From Macrostomum lignano (Eukaryota), in contig NIVC01002285.1 in assembly GCA_002269645.1 (NCBI GenBank), positions 122,835-186,834 on the forward strand: a stretch of 64,000 nt of DNA, read 5' to 3'. A program made the position numbers and the translations under genes. The notes below the pieces were generated by a model. That model was not told the DNA's origin and ran no database searches. It worked only from the letters and a program-made list of their open reading frames with translations. Below are positions 13,301 to 24,691 of this stretch, one piece after another; positions within the stretch are counted from its first letter, which is position 1, and every line of letters starts with the position of its first letter.

Positions 13301-14133
13301 CCCACGCTCAATACACTGGGGTCAACTCCAGTGTTTTCCAAAATGAAGTTCTGGCCATCAGCTCCTGCACTGCAGAGCTTCTCGCCACTGGCGTTACTGG
13401 TAAGAACATCATTTTCCATTCGGACAGCCAAGCTGCCTTGCACGCCATCAGTGGCTGCAGCACCAACTCTACTACAGTCCTTGACTGTATCAAACTCCTC
13501 AATGTGTTGGGTTCCGCCAACAAAATTACCCTTAAGTGGGTTCCGGGGCATGTGGGGATCCGAGGAAATGAGTTGGCTGACACCCTTGCAAAAGTTGGTG
13601 CCTCCGGCTCCTCTCTCGGCCCCGAACCTCTTGTCCCGATTCCTGGCTGTGTCATCGACTCGCGCATCAAAGCGTGGATCAGGACTCAGCACCGCTCGAC
13701 TTGGGCGAACCGCACGAACTGCAGGCAATCCAGAGGCGCTGTCCCTCAGCCCTCTCACCAGCTCCGGAAGCTCCTCTTGCGCCTCTCGCGCAGAGACATC
13801 CGGGCTGCCACCATGACCCTCTCTGGTCACGGCTGCTTCTCCAGGCACCAGTACCTGCAGGGCAACGCCACCAACGCCACCTGTAGTTTCTGCAACTCAG
13901 GTGACGAAACCGCTGAGCATTTCGTCAGCATCTGTCCCGCCTTCACGCGGGCCAGACTCACTTACCTCGGGCCACACACATCTATTACTGAAGCGTGCAA
14001 ACCCGAAAACTTTAATCAGCTCATGCGCTACCTTCGGGCCACCCGCAGGGCTGAACTCTCCTTTCCAGAGAGCACCATAGCTGCTGGCGACACTGGGGGA
14101 CCTCCCTGGGCGGCGCCAACCCTCCGTCCATAG
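10398..14133 (+). pseudogene. LINE ORF2: AP endonuclease, reverse transcriptase, RNase H, CCHC; several frameshifts or stops
   Basis: LILIQEPW, GGDLNAHH, SDH (APE); KSPGPDG, QHAFRTGRST, LDIVGAFDNV, PQGGVL, YADD (RT); YTDGSK, SDSQAAL, WVPGHVGIRGNELAD (RNase H); CSFC...ETAEHFVSIC. Confidence 0.93.
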
Positions 14134-14421
14134 CGACGCGTCGGCCGTTCAGGGACTAGCGGAATGGGCGCCCGCGCCTTCCCGCTGTGTCCCCTCCGGG
14201 ACAGCCCTGCAGCTAAGTCAAGTAAGTCAAAGCCATTTCGATGGGGAAGGTAGATGGTTGTTGATGCTGCTGGTGATGTTAATGATGCTGCTGCAGCTGA
14301 TGTTGGAGGCAGAGGGCTGGTGGCTGTCGTTGCTTCTGCTGTTGCTGCTAGCTGTGATGCTGCTGTTGTGGCTTCTGCTGCTGGCTGCTTTTGCTGATGC
14401 GGCTGCAGCAGCTCTCACCCG

Positions 14422-14430
14422 CTTTATATA
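14422..14430 (-). promoter_or_regulatory. TATA box of the E1 pPolB gene, displaced by the LINE
   Basis: TATATAAAG on the minus strand, followed by a ~180-nt CAG-rich leader running into the TSD that contains the ATG. Confidence 0.55.
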
Positions 14431-14497
14431 GAGGGAGGATGGGGTAGGGGCACGAGAGGTGTGCGTGGTTTTCTTTCCCGGGTCTATATTTTCTAGA

Positions 14498-16534
14498 TTA
14501 GTGTACGATTGTACACTCGGTTCCGCATTTGGTATAGAAAAGTTGGGGTCGAAAATACCCCATAAATTCTTTTCTCATGCGGTTTTTTATTGGATCTGAG
14601 CGGAGCCACCCAACCAGCATTCTCGCAGGAGTGGAAACTGCTGCTCCGCCAGAGTACAGTCTCTTAATTAGGAAGACAGCTTCCTCTTGCAGCATGTCTT
14701 TTCGACTTAAATCTGATAGAAAACGGTGTTTATTCAAAATACAATACCTTGGCGGACCAATAATAGCTAAATACAGATGAAAATATGAAAGATAACTTCT
14801 GTGGTTTTTAAGGCCCGCTGGTCTCTGGGAGAAAATGGTTGTTAAAAATCGCTGTATCAATTTAATAACCTTGGTGAAATGGGGCTTGTGTGCAAAGCAT
14901 CCGATTGACAGAGGCTTGGTGAAGAGTAATAGTCGATGAAAAGCTCTTGCCATCATCTAAAATATCCACAAAGAGTAATGAAGTGACGGAGATCCTCTGT
15001 CACAAGCCAAAACAGAGAGACAGAGTTTTCTACTTCTGTTTACGTAATGTTTAGGGATGGACCTGGGGTTATAGGGACAGAGAGTCAGTTATGGCATTTA
15101 CGCGGTAGTAAAGAATTGCCTTGGTGAGGCTGGGGTAGGTGTTGTGCTGTTCTCTCCATATTGGCGAACATTAATAGTCCTGGGTTGAATTTTGATATGG
15201 CTAGTATGCAGTGGAGAATCTTTGAATTGAAGGGTGATTCAACATGCAAAGTATGCAACAAAACTGATTCAGGATTCAGTGCATCTAAAAGAGGCTGTTG
15301 GGAGCTTCGGAACTGAGAATAACGTTTAAAATAGCATCAATGGCATGATTTAGTAATCGAAATCAATCGAACACTGAAAACTTTAAGTTTAATAGCAGAC
15401 TGTGTTTTTAGCCCCAATTTTTACAGTGTCTATACAATATTTCCCCAGCTTCTTGGGCAATATACATGCCTATTTGAATGATTAAACAGCATTTGTGATG
15501 ATTTATTAGCTAACATTATTATCTCTATTGATAAAATGACAGATTTCGATCCATAAAGTAAGCATTTTAACGTTAAAAATCGAAAAATGAGGAAAACTCG
15601 TGGTTTTCGTGAAAAAATTTGCATTTCTAATAAATTTTTACCATTAATCAACCATTTCTTAGGCTGGGCTGGCTTGTGGACTTCCGTGTGGGATCATTCT
15701 TGCTTCAAAGCCGTCTCAAGTAAAGTTGAAACGGCATTTGGGCAAATTAGCTGTTGAAATTATGGTTTCCAGTGATGAAATTACTGATTTTGATCAACAA
15801 AGTGTAACTTGAAACGGTAAAATTAAAGAAACTGTAGAAAACTCGCCTTTTATGAAATGTGCTTTTTACGAGCTACTAATTTAGCTTTTAATAAACTTTG
15901 ACGGAATTCCAACTTGGAGAGGTCCGTGGGTGATTCATTCCTGCTTCGAGCGATCGAACTTTCATAGAGTCTGAAAGCTTTTAGTGAGAGGGTAGTGGAA
16001 GCGATAGAATTGGCATAGCAGCACGTTTTTGGGCGGGTGGACTTCACTACTTCTAGTATACCGCATTGGTCATAGTGCCAAAGTATTTCTTTGACAAAAC
16101 ACATCTATAGAATTCAGTCTCGGAATTGTATGCAGAGGAGACACTGATTCATAGGCTGTGTACATTGACAGATGCAGGGGTATTGGGTCGATGCAGTTGG
16201 AGGTTGACTCGGATTTGCTCAGATTCGTGGGGTTGATGTGTGCATTGAAAGTTGGTTTCTTGCTAACTGGGGCGGCATGGATGACGTAATTGGAGAAGAG
16301 GGGTTTTGCTGAATGAGGTTTAATATAAGGTCCGTGCTGTGAAAAGATCTGTTTGTACACTGAAAATGGAGAGAGGGGTCGAAATTCCTTGGCATTTAGA
16401 AGGGTGCAGAGAGAAACAGGGACGAGTGGTTCAATTCGATTTGCTATATAGGGGTCTGCTGAGGGGTGGATGTTTTCGAACAAGTCTTGGGGTTGAATTT
16501 TGAATATGGCCGGAGATAAAGGGTGATTCAACAT
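14498..16534 (-). pseudogene. Two degenerate paralogous reading frames of unknown function inside E1
   Basis: Both begin ATGTTGAATCACCCTT (MLNHP) at 16534 and ~15245 and share AAAATTCAACCC(C)A downstream; broken by stops and frameshifts; no recognisable domain. Confidence 0.3.
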
Positions 16535-17209
16535 GCAACATAATTAATTCCATAGTGTACACCAGCGTCAGTGGCATATTTTGCGGATAAAGTGCGACAA
16601 GGGTCTTGTATCATCCGCACTGTGATACGAAACATATAAAACATTGCTTTCACAGTCTTGAATTTAGAGGCCGACTAAATAAATCGTATACGTATCATAT
16701 ATATACGTCTTTTGAAAACTTTTTTGACTCGGGGAGAGGGGTTGGGAATGACGTAATTGTCTCGGAGTGGCGACGAGGGCTGAATTCTAGAGGGATGAAG
16801 TATAAAAGGAGTGGATATAACAGTGTGGACAGCAATTTTTGGCTAACTCATGCCTCCTCCGCCAATTTTGGGGATGGGCGGCGGTTTCTGCGTACACTGT
16901 TTGCTTTTTGAGGGTCAGCGGAATATGAAGAGTTAATTCTTGGATGTGCGGCCGCTTTGCAAATTTTGGGTATAATTTGGGTGGGTGGGCGCTTCTGCAT
17001 GCTCTCTGTTTCAACTATTGAAAATAGTTGAAAATAAACATGATATCAGCTTTTTCAATATAAAAATGTAAAATTATGAATGTAATCTTTTTCAGTAAGA
17101 ATCTCGACTTGTAAACTCTACTAATGGTAGTATGGCGTAATCAGTTACATTTGGTTTTGAGTAATTCACATATAAATATGCATATATGACGTGTTCTGTA
17201 AAACTTGGA

Positions 17210-17740
17210 TGTTAGTTGACTCATTTGGTAGTAGGTGAGATTGTACAGTTGGCGCGCACATACCGACCCACCTCTGCGCATATACTGTGCTGTACACGTA
17301 ACAATTAGTGTTTCGAGTTGTACATATAATCTTGTGGGGTTGACGATTCAAATACGCAGAGCGGGGGCCGTCGTGTAGATTGGGGATTAATGTACATAAT
17401 GTACTGTACATATAAAAATTGTCATAGAAGTATATTAATGCGCAAGTGTACATATAGAAGGACTGTACAAGTTGACAATACACATGTAGAATTGGGATAG
17501 ACATGGAAGTAGACAATGTACATATACAATTTGAGATAGATAGGGATTAATGCAGTACATGGGATTAATGTACACATATGAGTACATGGATTAATGTACA
17601 TATACGAGTACATATTAAAGTATATCACGCTTAGGATATCGTTTTCATATACTACTTACTTCATTTTCAGATAGTAGTATAATTTGCGTTTTTTGCGTCA
17701 AAACATCTGAAAATCAACCACTTTTGGCGCGATATGTAGT
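17210..17740 (-). repeat. Right terminal inverted repeat of E1
   Basis: Reverse complement of the left TIR, including ATGTACATTAAT sub-repeats. Confidence 0.9.
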
Positions 17741-17905
17741 CACGTCAACAGATTGGAAAAGATGCAGAACCCGAAGGAATCTATAATCTTGCCCGATTTC
17801 CAACCAACGGACCCGAGAAGACTGGCATTGCAGCACAGGAAGCCGCTATATAGAAAAATTGGCACGCAAGTCTTGGATGATTCATTGGATGCTCATTTGA
17901 GCTAA
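17741..17905 (+). pseudogene. Gypsy integrase C-terminal region, part 2
   Basis: Continues the same frame from the duplicated CACGTC (HV-NRLEKM...), restoring the VHVNRL motif; stop at 17903-17905. Confidence 0.8.
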
Positions 17906-18545
17906 AATGCTCATAGGATTAGGAATGGAAATTAGGTTAGGGCACCTGGTCGTGTAACCTGGCCGAGGCTGGACGGGAACTGTTGTGGAGCATCACCAGC
18001 CAACGGTACGGGTCCTTCGGAAGAATCGAAATTAGAAGGACCACATTGGTACCTGGAGGCTCGTAAGGGCCAAAAGAAGAGACCATACAGGAGAAGTGTC
18101 CATCAATACCGAGTGAAATATGGCATAAGTATAAGTAAGCATAAGATACATAAGTACCTAATGTATATCTACTTGCCTTGCACAAAATTATCACGAGGAG
18201 AAGCAATCTGGACACTTGGGATGGCACAAGTGTTTTTCGTTGGCCTGCCTAACCCTCAAGTGGGACAGGGGGAAATTCTAACTTTTGAACACGATCGCTC
18301 CATCGATACGTGTTAACTCTCTCGCCGCCTGACTCTCGCTATATTGTGCGAAAGTTTTGAGATTTGTCCAAATAAATTTCGTGCGTCGTGAACATCGAGA
18401 ATTAATACGATTATGCTCTATGTTCGCATTTCTTTGTTTTACACTATCGATTGAGGTGTACGTTTGGCGTACTACCCTTGATACAGGCTGGTGTCCTTTG
18501 GGCTTGTCGTTGGAGTGATAACTTGTAGGCTACATAAGGTTTGAA

Positions 18546-18607
18546 ACTACAGAGCTAGAAGTGATTGTTCCTTGATTATCAAAAGTCGGGTAATAAGGAA
18601 CACATCA
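18546..18607 (+). repeat. 3' tip (U5 hairpin) of the TGTAGAG...CACATCA LTR family
   Basis: ACTACAGAGCTAGAAGTGATTGTTCCTT...AAGGAACACATCA matches the ends of the full LTRs. Confidence 0.75.
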
Positions 18608-18689
18608 GTCTGAGGTTTTCAATGTAACGGCTGCAAATAAATAAAATATACCTCGAGGAGTCCGTCCTTCAAATCAGTGGAACCGAGGA

Positions 18690-19001
18690 CGAGAAAAGCT
18701 AGATCAAAGAAATGCAGCAGGATATTGGAACCCTGGTGGAGGATACCAAGGTAATAACCACGGACATTATCGAGGTAATCCTGGTCGAGGACGATTTCCG
18801 AGCAGAGGTCAGATGAATAGAGGACAAGGGACTACCAGAAGAGGTAGAGGAACAGCGGTGAACGTAGTTGAATTACAAGGCGCAGTCGGAGGGAAGGATT
18901 CGGACCGTGGTTATGAACGGAACGAAGGAGCTGAGGAACTGCAACTCCTAGAGATTGAAGAAGCAAACATTGTCGAGTATGGAACACCGGTGAAAGACTA
19001 A
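18690..19001 (+). pseudogene. RG-rich gag C-terminal-like fragment
   Basis: PGRGRFPSRGQMNRGQGTTRRGRGTAVNVVE composition is typical of gag tails; no diagnostic motif. Confidence 0.3.
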
Positions 19002-19014
19002 TGTTATTTTTAGC

Positions 19015-19525
19015 AACCGACCAATCATGTGTGACCTACAATTGTCAAGTTTAGACCCCAACTGCAATTCATCATTCGGCTTGCCCCCGGATGAACCAAT
19101 AAAGATAACCCAAAATAACCCTGCTAAAATAACCAATCATGCGCGCCTACACTAGACTAGTGGCTTAACTTTCTACCCTGTCATGCTTGACAGCAACCAA
19201 AGCGTGACCCTTTGACATTTAGGAAAATGAACCCAGTGACCTCACGAGGGGTCCGTTTGCCTATAAATACAAGTGGTCCGAAGCGGACCCGGAGCCAACA
19301 ACCGAACCTCCGGAAGGAGAAGCTCCGAAGAGGAAGCCATATATAGAAGGACTTCCTACAGACCAAGTCAATCGAGACTCGGCTGAGTTATTGCGTTAAG
19401 CCTTACTCATTTGCGCCAGGTGTTTGAGTCGACTCAATATTTTTGTTGTTGTTGAGTCTATTGAGACTCCATCGGTTGTGGTCTCCAGAAGGACTACCTA
19501 GATAGATATTTAGAAGTCTATCAGC
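19015..19525 (+). repeat. Partial LTR (U3-R portion)
   Basis: CCAATCA boxes, CTGTCATGCTTGACAG, CCTATAAATACAAGTGGTCCG and AGAAGGACTACC, all shared with 21661-22706. Confidence 0.8.
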
Positions 19526-19563
19526 GATTACCAATCTAAAAGATATCTAAAAATAACTCAGCT

Positions 19564-20538
19564 TGTAGAGTGTGCTACCTCCCGTTAAAAGTAAAAAGTA
19601 GAAATCATAGAGCCTACTGTAAGTAGATTAGTGCATGTATGCACACTTAAACCTGGAAATGATGCAAGTTGCTATTTATAGCATATGAATCATGTTCCTA
19701 TTTATAGCGAATGAGTCATGTTGCTATTCATGGCGACAGAGTGATTCATGTTGCTATTTATAGCAGCAGAATGATTCATGTTACTATATATAGTAACAAA
19801 ATGAGTCATGATACTATTTTTAAATGCAATCAATCTTATTTCCCCTTGTAGCGCAACAAGTGAAGATGCCTATAAATACAAGCGGCCCAACGCGGCACAG
19901 GAGTCAACTCCCGACGATAGGAGGAGCTCCGAAGAGGACGTTTTTAGAAAAACATCCTAGTTCACCAGTCAATCGAGACTTGGTTTGATTGTTGCGGTAA
20001 GCCTTTCTTATTTGCGCCAGTTGTTGTTAGAGACGTCTCGCTCTAGTCTATTGAGACTCGAGTATTAAAGTCTATTGAGACTTTTGAGTCTGTTGAGACT
20101 CCCGTGGCCGTAGTCTCCCGAAGGACTACCCTAGTAGATCTTAGAGGAACTACTAGAGATATCCGGAGCATTACCTAGAGTGCATAGAGGCACTACTAGA
20201 AGAAGAAGGCTAAATTGATACCGCTATTCGGCGCAGGGTACCCATTGTTAAATCGAAGCTTCTGATTGGTCCAACGACAGATACCGGCCGGAACCTACTT
20301 CAACGGAAGTACCAAGAGATATCGGACCAGATCAACATATTCTAGACGTCTACACTTCCTGAAGGACAGGAACGCAACCAGCGGTAATACTCACTGACAA
20401 GAGTCACCGAGGAGATCTCCCAGAAGAAGTAGACAAGGTAAGTGATATCTTCACTTGATAACTGGGTTGCCTAGCTACAGAGCTAGAAGTGATTGTTCCT
20501 TGATTACTGAGAAAGTCTTGGTAGTAAGGAACACATCA
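19564..20538 (+). mobile_element. Solo LTR with 4-bp TSD AGCT, inserted into another LTR of the same family
   Basis: TGTAGAG start, CACATCA end; AGCT at 19560-19563 and 20539-20542; the flanks rejoin to the U3 sequence AATAACTCAGCTGCGGTAACCAATCATGC. Confidence 0.88.
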
Positions 20539-20542
20539 AGCT

Positions 20543-20907
20543 GCGGTAACCAATCATGCATGCTCCCACGTAACCAATGGAGTAACTTTCTAACCTGCCA
20601 TGTTTGACAGCAACCAATCCGTGAACCTTTGAAATTTAAGACAATGAACTCAATGACTCATGTGGGGTCCGATTGCCTATAAATAAAAGTGGTCCGGAGC
20701 GGACCGGAGCTCAAGATTTTTGCCTTCCAGAAGGAAGAAGAGCTCCGAGAGGAAGCCTCCAAAGGACTTCCTTCCGACCAAGTAATTCGAGACTCGGTCG
20801 AGTTCTTGCTGTAAGCCTTACTCATTTGCGCCAGGTGTTTGAGTCTGTTGAGATTCTCAGTCTGTTGAGATTTATTGGTTGTAGTCTCCAGAAGGACTAC
20901 CCTGATA
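20543..20907 (+). repeat. Partial LTR, host of the solo LTR
   Basis: CCAAT boxes, CCTATAAATAAAAGTGGTCCG and AGAAGGACTACCC; truncated at ~20907. Confidence 0.8.
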
Positions 20908-21440
20908 GTGAAATTTAGCCTTTTCCACCGTATGCGTTTAGTACGAAACTCCATCTATGCACTTTCATCTGCTGATTCGCTAAACGCAGGCTACCAATAG
21001 CAGCCTAACATCGCGCTGTATTTTAATGCACGAAAGTACGAAGCAGTCCTTAGACCTTCGAAACCTCGCAGCCTCGCAGACCCCCTATCCTTTTCCTCTA
21101 CTTTAGACTCACTAGCATAGTAACCAAAGATATCGATAGAAACCAAATCAATTAAGTCCACAGTCCGCACTCGGCCGACGAACAACTACAGGCATTAGCC
21201 TTGTACACCAGATCATCCGAGTGTACCGATAAGTATTGCTATACATTCTATTCTGACTGCTTCATACTTCGTATTTAGGAAGTTTACATCTTTGTATTTT
21301 GCGCGAACATCACCGGTGAATTAGATTGAAATATAACATCCAAAGAGAAGGTATAACACCGCAGGAAAACATTGAGTCGGACTTGCCGCTTATTGTCTAA
21401 TCTTAGAGTATTCGGACGCAGATCCGACAGAGAGCCGAAA
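20907..21440 (+). repeat. Non-coding block G, copy 1
   Basis: Colinear with 29775-30327, including near-identical blocks such as CTACCAATAGCAGCCTAACATCGCGCTGTATTT. Confidence 0.85.
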
Positions 21441-21479
21441 CCCTATCTTTAATTTCCCATTCCCATTCTACCATCTCCG

Positions 21480-21660
21480 CCACGACTACTACCAAGCCGT
21501 TGCCCAATTTGTCCACTTGGCTTGTGGTGATCCTGTTTTCGACTATGACGATGACGACGAATTGGCGCGACTCGACAAGGGCGACCTACGAGTTCTAGAC
21601 GCACTGTTGTCATGGTACGCCCTGCTCCCGATGGACACCACCCGGAGGTCTGAGCGCGCC
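21480..21660 (+). pseudogene. Truncated paralogue of ORF Z (32123-32707)
   Basis: LACGDPVFDYDDDDELARLDKGDLRVLDALLSWYALLP vs LACGDTVFEWDDEEELARLNKGDLRVLDGLMSWYALLP; cut by the LTR at 21661. Confidence 0.8.
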
Positions 21661-22706
21661 TGTAGAGTGTTCTACCTCCTGCAAAAATAATAAAAAATGG
21701 CTAACGTACTACTTGCATAGTAGTAAAATGAAGAGCATGTATAAAGGTATGCTTTGAGCCATGCGTATATTCTGACTAACCAATAGGAAGAGAGAGACTT
21801 CGAGCATGCTAAATTTAGAAATCACCCAATCACGTGTAACCCGCACTTGTCAAACTCAGACCCCAGGAGAGATGCATCATTCAACAGCACTCACGTGAAC
21901 CAATCAAATGTAACTAAAAATAAATAACTCGAATGCGATAACCAATCATGCGTTTTTACACTAAACCAATGGAGTAACTTTCTAACCTGCCATGTTTGAC
22001 AGCAACCAATCCGTGACTTTTTTGACAGTTGAAAAGTCTAACTCACGTGATCTCATGTGGATCCATTTGCCTATAAATACAAGTGGTCCGGAGCGAACCC
22101 GGAGTCAACAAGTTTTCCTAGAGAGAAAGCTCCGAAGAGGAAGCTCTGCAGCAGACTTCCTGAAGCAACTCGAGACTCGGTCGAGTGACTTGCGGTAAGC
22201 CTTCCTTATTCGCGCCCGTTGTTGTTGGGTCGACTCACTTGTGATATAGTGTTAGATTCTGTTGAGACTCTTGAGTCCATTTGAGACTCCATTGGCTGTA
22301 GTCGCCCGAAGGACTACCCTAGTAGATCTTAGAAGATCTGCTAGAGAATACCGGAGCTATACCTAGAGTGCATAGAGGCACTGCTAGAAGAAGGAGGCTT
22401 ATATTGAACCGGAGTTGGCGCAGGGTACCCATTGTAATTGGAAGCTTCCCATTGGTCCGAACGACAGATACCGGCCGGCGAGACACAAAGAAGAAATCGG
22501 ACCAGAGCAACAGAGTCTTCCGGAAGATAAGCGAGACCTACGGATCCACTGAGAGACCTATTGCGAGAACTACTCGAGGAAGGGAACAGCTCAACCGGAT
22601 TTAAGGTAATTGAGTACCTGCAGTTGACTTACTGGGTTGCCTAACTACAGAGCTAGAAGTGATTGTTCCTTGATTACAGTTGAGGACTGTAATAAGGAAC
22701 ACATCA
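21661..22706 (+). mobile_element. 5' LTR of a Ty3/Gypsy element
   Basis: TGTAGAG...CACATCA; TATA box CTATAAATA at ~22071; followed by a PBS-like TGGTGAACTCGCC and by gag. Confidence 0.88.
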
Positions 22707-22707
22707 A

Positions 22708-22722
22708 TTGGTGAACTCGCCC
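22708..22722 (+). promoter_or_regulatory. Primer binding site (tRNA not assigned)
   Basis: TTGGTGAACTCGCCC directly after the LTR's CA end. Confidence 0.6.
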
Positions 22723-23181
22723 TTTCGGCACTACTCAAATTTTGAGCAATAGCCCTGATCAAGCTATTGTAAAAGTGACGAGAGAGCGACTTCATTAATT
22801 TTGCGCACACGTGTTAGAGTTAACACTTTTCGAGTTTTGTACGTTTTGAAACTCGAATACAGTTTTGGTATACAGGCTTGAGAACCTGTCAATTTTGAGT
22901 ACAGTTTAAGCACGCGTATTAATTTTTGTTTTAACGAACTCGAGCAAGTGTATATCTAAAACAAAACCAAAAATTAACTTCGTCGGTACACTGAAAACAA
23001 ACCGAAAGTAAAGAATCGTCGACGCAAACTAAAACAAAACCGAAATTAATTGATACTTCGTCGAGAACAAAGTTAACTGACGAAAGAAAGAGAATCAAAG
23101 AAGAAAAAAGTCCGTAAAAAAACAAGAAGACAAGTACACTTCGACGCAAGTGGAAGATACACTTTGCGGGACGCCGCATAA

Positions 23182-24509
23182 GTGCTGAGCCAACCAGCAA
23201 ACAGAACAAGTTCATTTGAGTACAGCCAGTGGCAGCAAGCCACAACTCCATTCGAAGCCAGCAAAAAACAGATCGACGCTACAAGACAATTCGTTACAGT
23301 CGAGGTTTATTCCGAGGCAAACACCACACTGGACGATCCATTACAAATCGATCCAGATCTCGAACTACCTTTCTACCCCATCAACAACATGGCGCGGCGC
23401 AACCCAACGGTGCATAGGGAAATCAAAGAAACAGTGGGTACCTTCTCGATGGAGAAAGATTTTAACACCTTTGTCGACCATTTTGACCTGGTATGCAGGG
23501 AATACAATCTGCAAATTCCAGAGAAGGCACTGCTGCTACCACCTCTTCTCCAAGGTACTGCACGAGAAATTTATGGCAACCTGGATGCGGAAACACAGCA
23601 AAATTATCCAGCATTATTCATTCAACTGCGCGCGCACTTCAATCGCTGTGGCACAAACAGATCAGTGCTGTTGCACAAGTTACATAACAGAAGGATGCAG
23701 GCAACAGAATCCTTCCTCGCCTTTGTGGATGATATCCGCCAAATAATTAAGGCACTGCATCAGCCAACGCTGCAAGCTGCGGACCAACCACCCCTAGGTG
23801 CAGCGGAACTAGCCGCTAGAGAACGACAACGATTGATGGATCGAGAACAAAACCTCATCCTGCACGTAATAAACAATGCACAGCCGTCACTTCGGGATAG
23901 ACTTTTGGCGAGAACATCGAAACCGAGGAAGACCTTTTGCGGTGCGGGATGCAATGAGAAGCCAGTGCCCCATTAATGACAACAGGCAACACAGAAGTGC
24001 AGAAGTTGACGCAACAACTAAACAAGCTAATGAAACATCAAATAGCCGCCATCGCCGAACAGAAAATAAGAAATGAACGCGCCCAAGCCAGATGCTACTA
24101 CTGCGGACAAGAAGACCATTATCAAATTAATTGTCCTCATCGTTCGACCAGATATGACAAGCCAAGGCCACCATTCAACAGTCGGAAACCTCAAAAGCCA
24201 TGGCAGCAATATCAAAATCGGCAACAACAAGGCACGATGCGCTTCGGAAATGATGGCTACAGGCCACGCAACGCCAAGTACACACCAAAACAGCCGACAC
24301 AAGCAATGCAACGATACGCAAATGCCATCACGTACACACCGGAAAATGAGCAACATGAACAGCACGTCTTCACAATCGACGACTTGGAGATGGACTTTAC
24401 GGACCCGGAACTTGGTATCAGCATGATCGAGAGGAAGAAGACAAACGAGGACAACAAGGACGACAAAGAAAAAGCAAATGGAATCGGCATGATCAAAATG
24501 GAAGAGACC
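23182..24509 (+). pseudogene. gag: Gypsy gag (capsid plus zinc knuckle), frameshifted, truncated before protease
   Basis: FNTFVDHFDLVC...LLQGTAREIY...LRAHF capsid-like segment; CYYCGQEDHYQINC knuckle; ends at the AGTAGT terminus at 24510. Confidence 0.8.
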
Positions 24510-24691
24510 AGTAGTAAGCGTTTTTTACGCCCATAGCTCGTTTTTCCATGGCGAAAGTAATATGAAGTTCCAAGCACTATTTCAATGGAATACACGCATA
24601 GCCCGTTTTTGCATAGCAAAACCAATAGGAAGTCCCAGCCACTAGAAGATGAATTTCTATCCTACCCAGGCGCGTTTGCCTAATCTCGTCC
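24510..24691 (+). repeat. Polinton-type terminal sequence of element A
   Basis: Starts AGTAGTAAGCG; colinear over 182 bp with 49843-50024, first ~35 bp identical. Confidence 0.8.

Larger units (their letters stand above)
8338..14231 (+). mobile_element. Full-length non-LTR retrotransposon (LOA/R1 group), 14-bp TSD
   Basis: GCCATTTCGATGGG at 8324-8337 and 14232-14245; ORF1 plus APE-RT-RNase H ORF2; 3' tail TAAGTCAAGTAAGTCAA. Confidence 0.92.
2228..17740 (-). mobile_element. Polinton/Maverick-related TIR element E1 carrying only an intron-rich pPolB; 6-bp TSD CACGTC
   Basis: Inverted termini ACTACATATCGCGCC...GGCGCGATATGTAGT; CACGTC at 2222-2227 and 17741-17746; contains pPolB. About 9.6 kb once the LINE is removed. 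Confidence 0.9.

Noticed and set aside
15850-16104. PiggyBac-like C-terminal pattern (AFRLY...SKLEFRQSLL)
   Set aside because: No GGVD or other catalytic motif and no TTAA TSD; the resemblance is too weak to call a transposase.
18546-18612. Hammerhead ribozyme on the minus strand of the LTR hairpin (CTGATGT...)
   Set aside because: The core lacks CUGANGA and GAAA; it is the mirror of a simple hairpin.
20925-20990. Hammerhead-like CGAAAC...CTGCTGA in block G
   Set aside because: No stem III or NUH site can be formed, and CGAAAC is not kept in copy 2.
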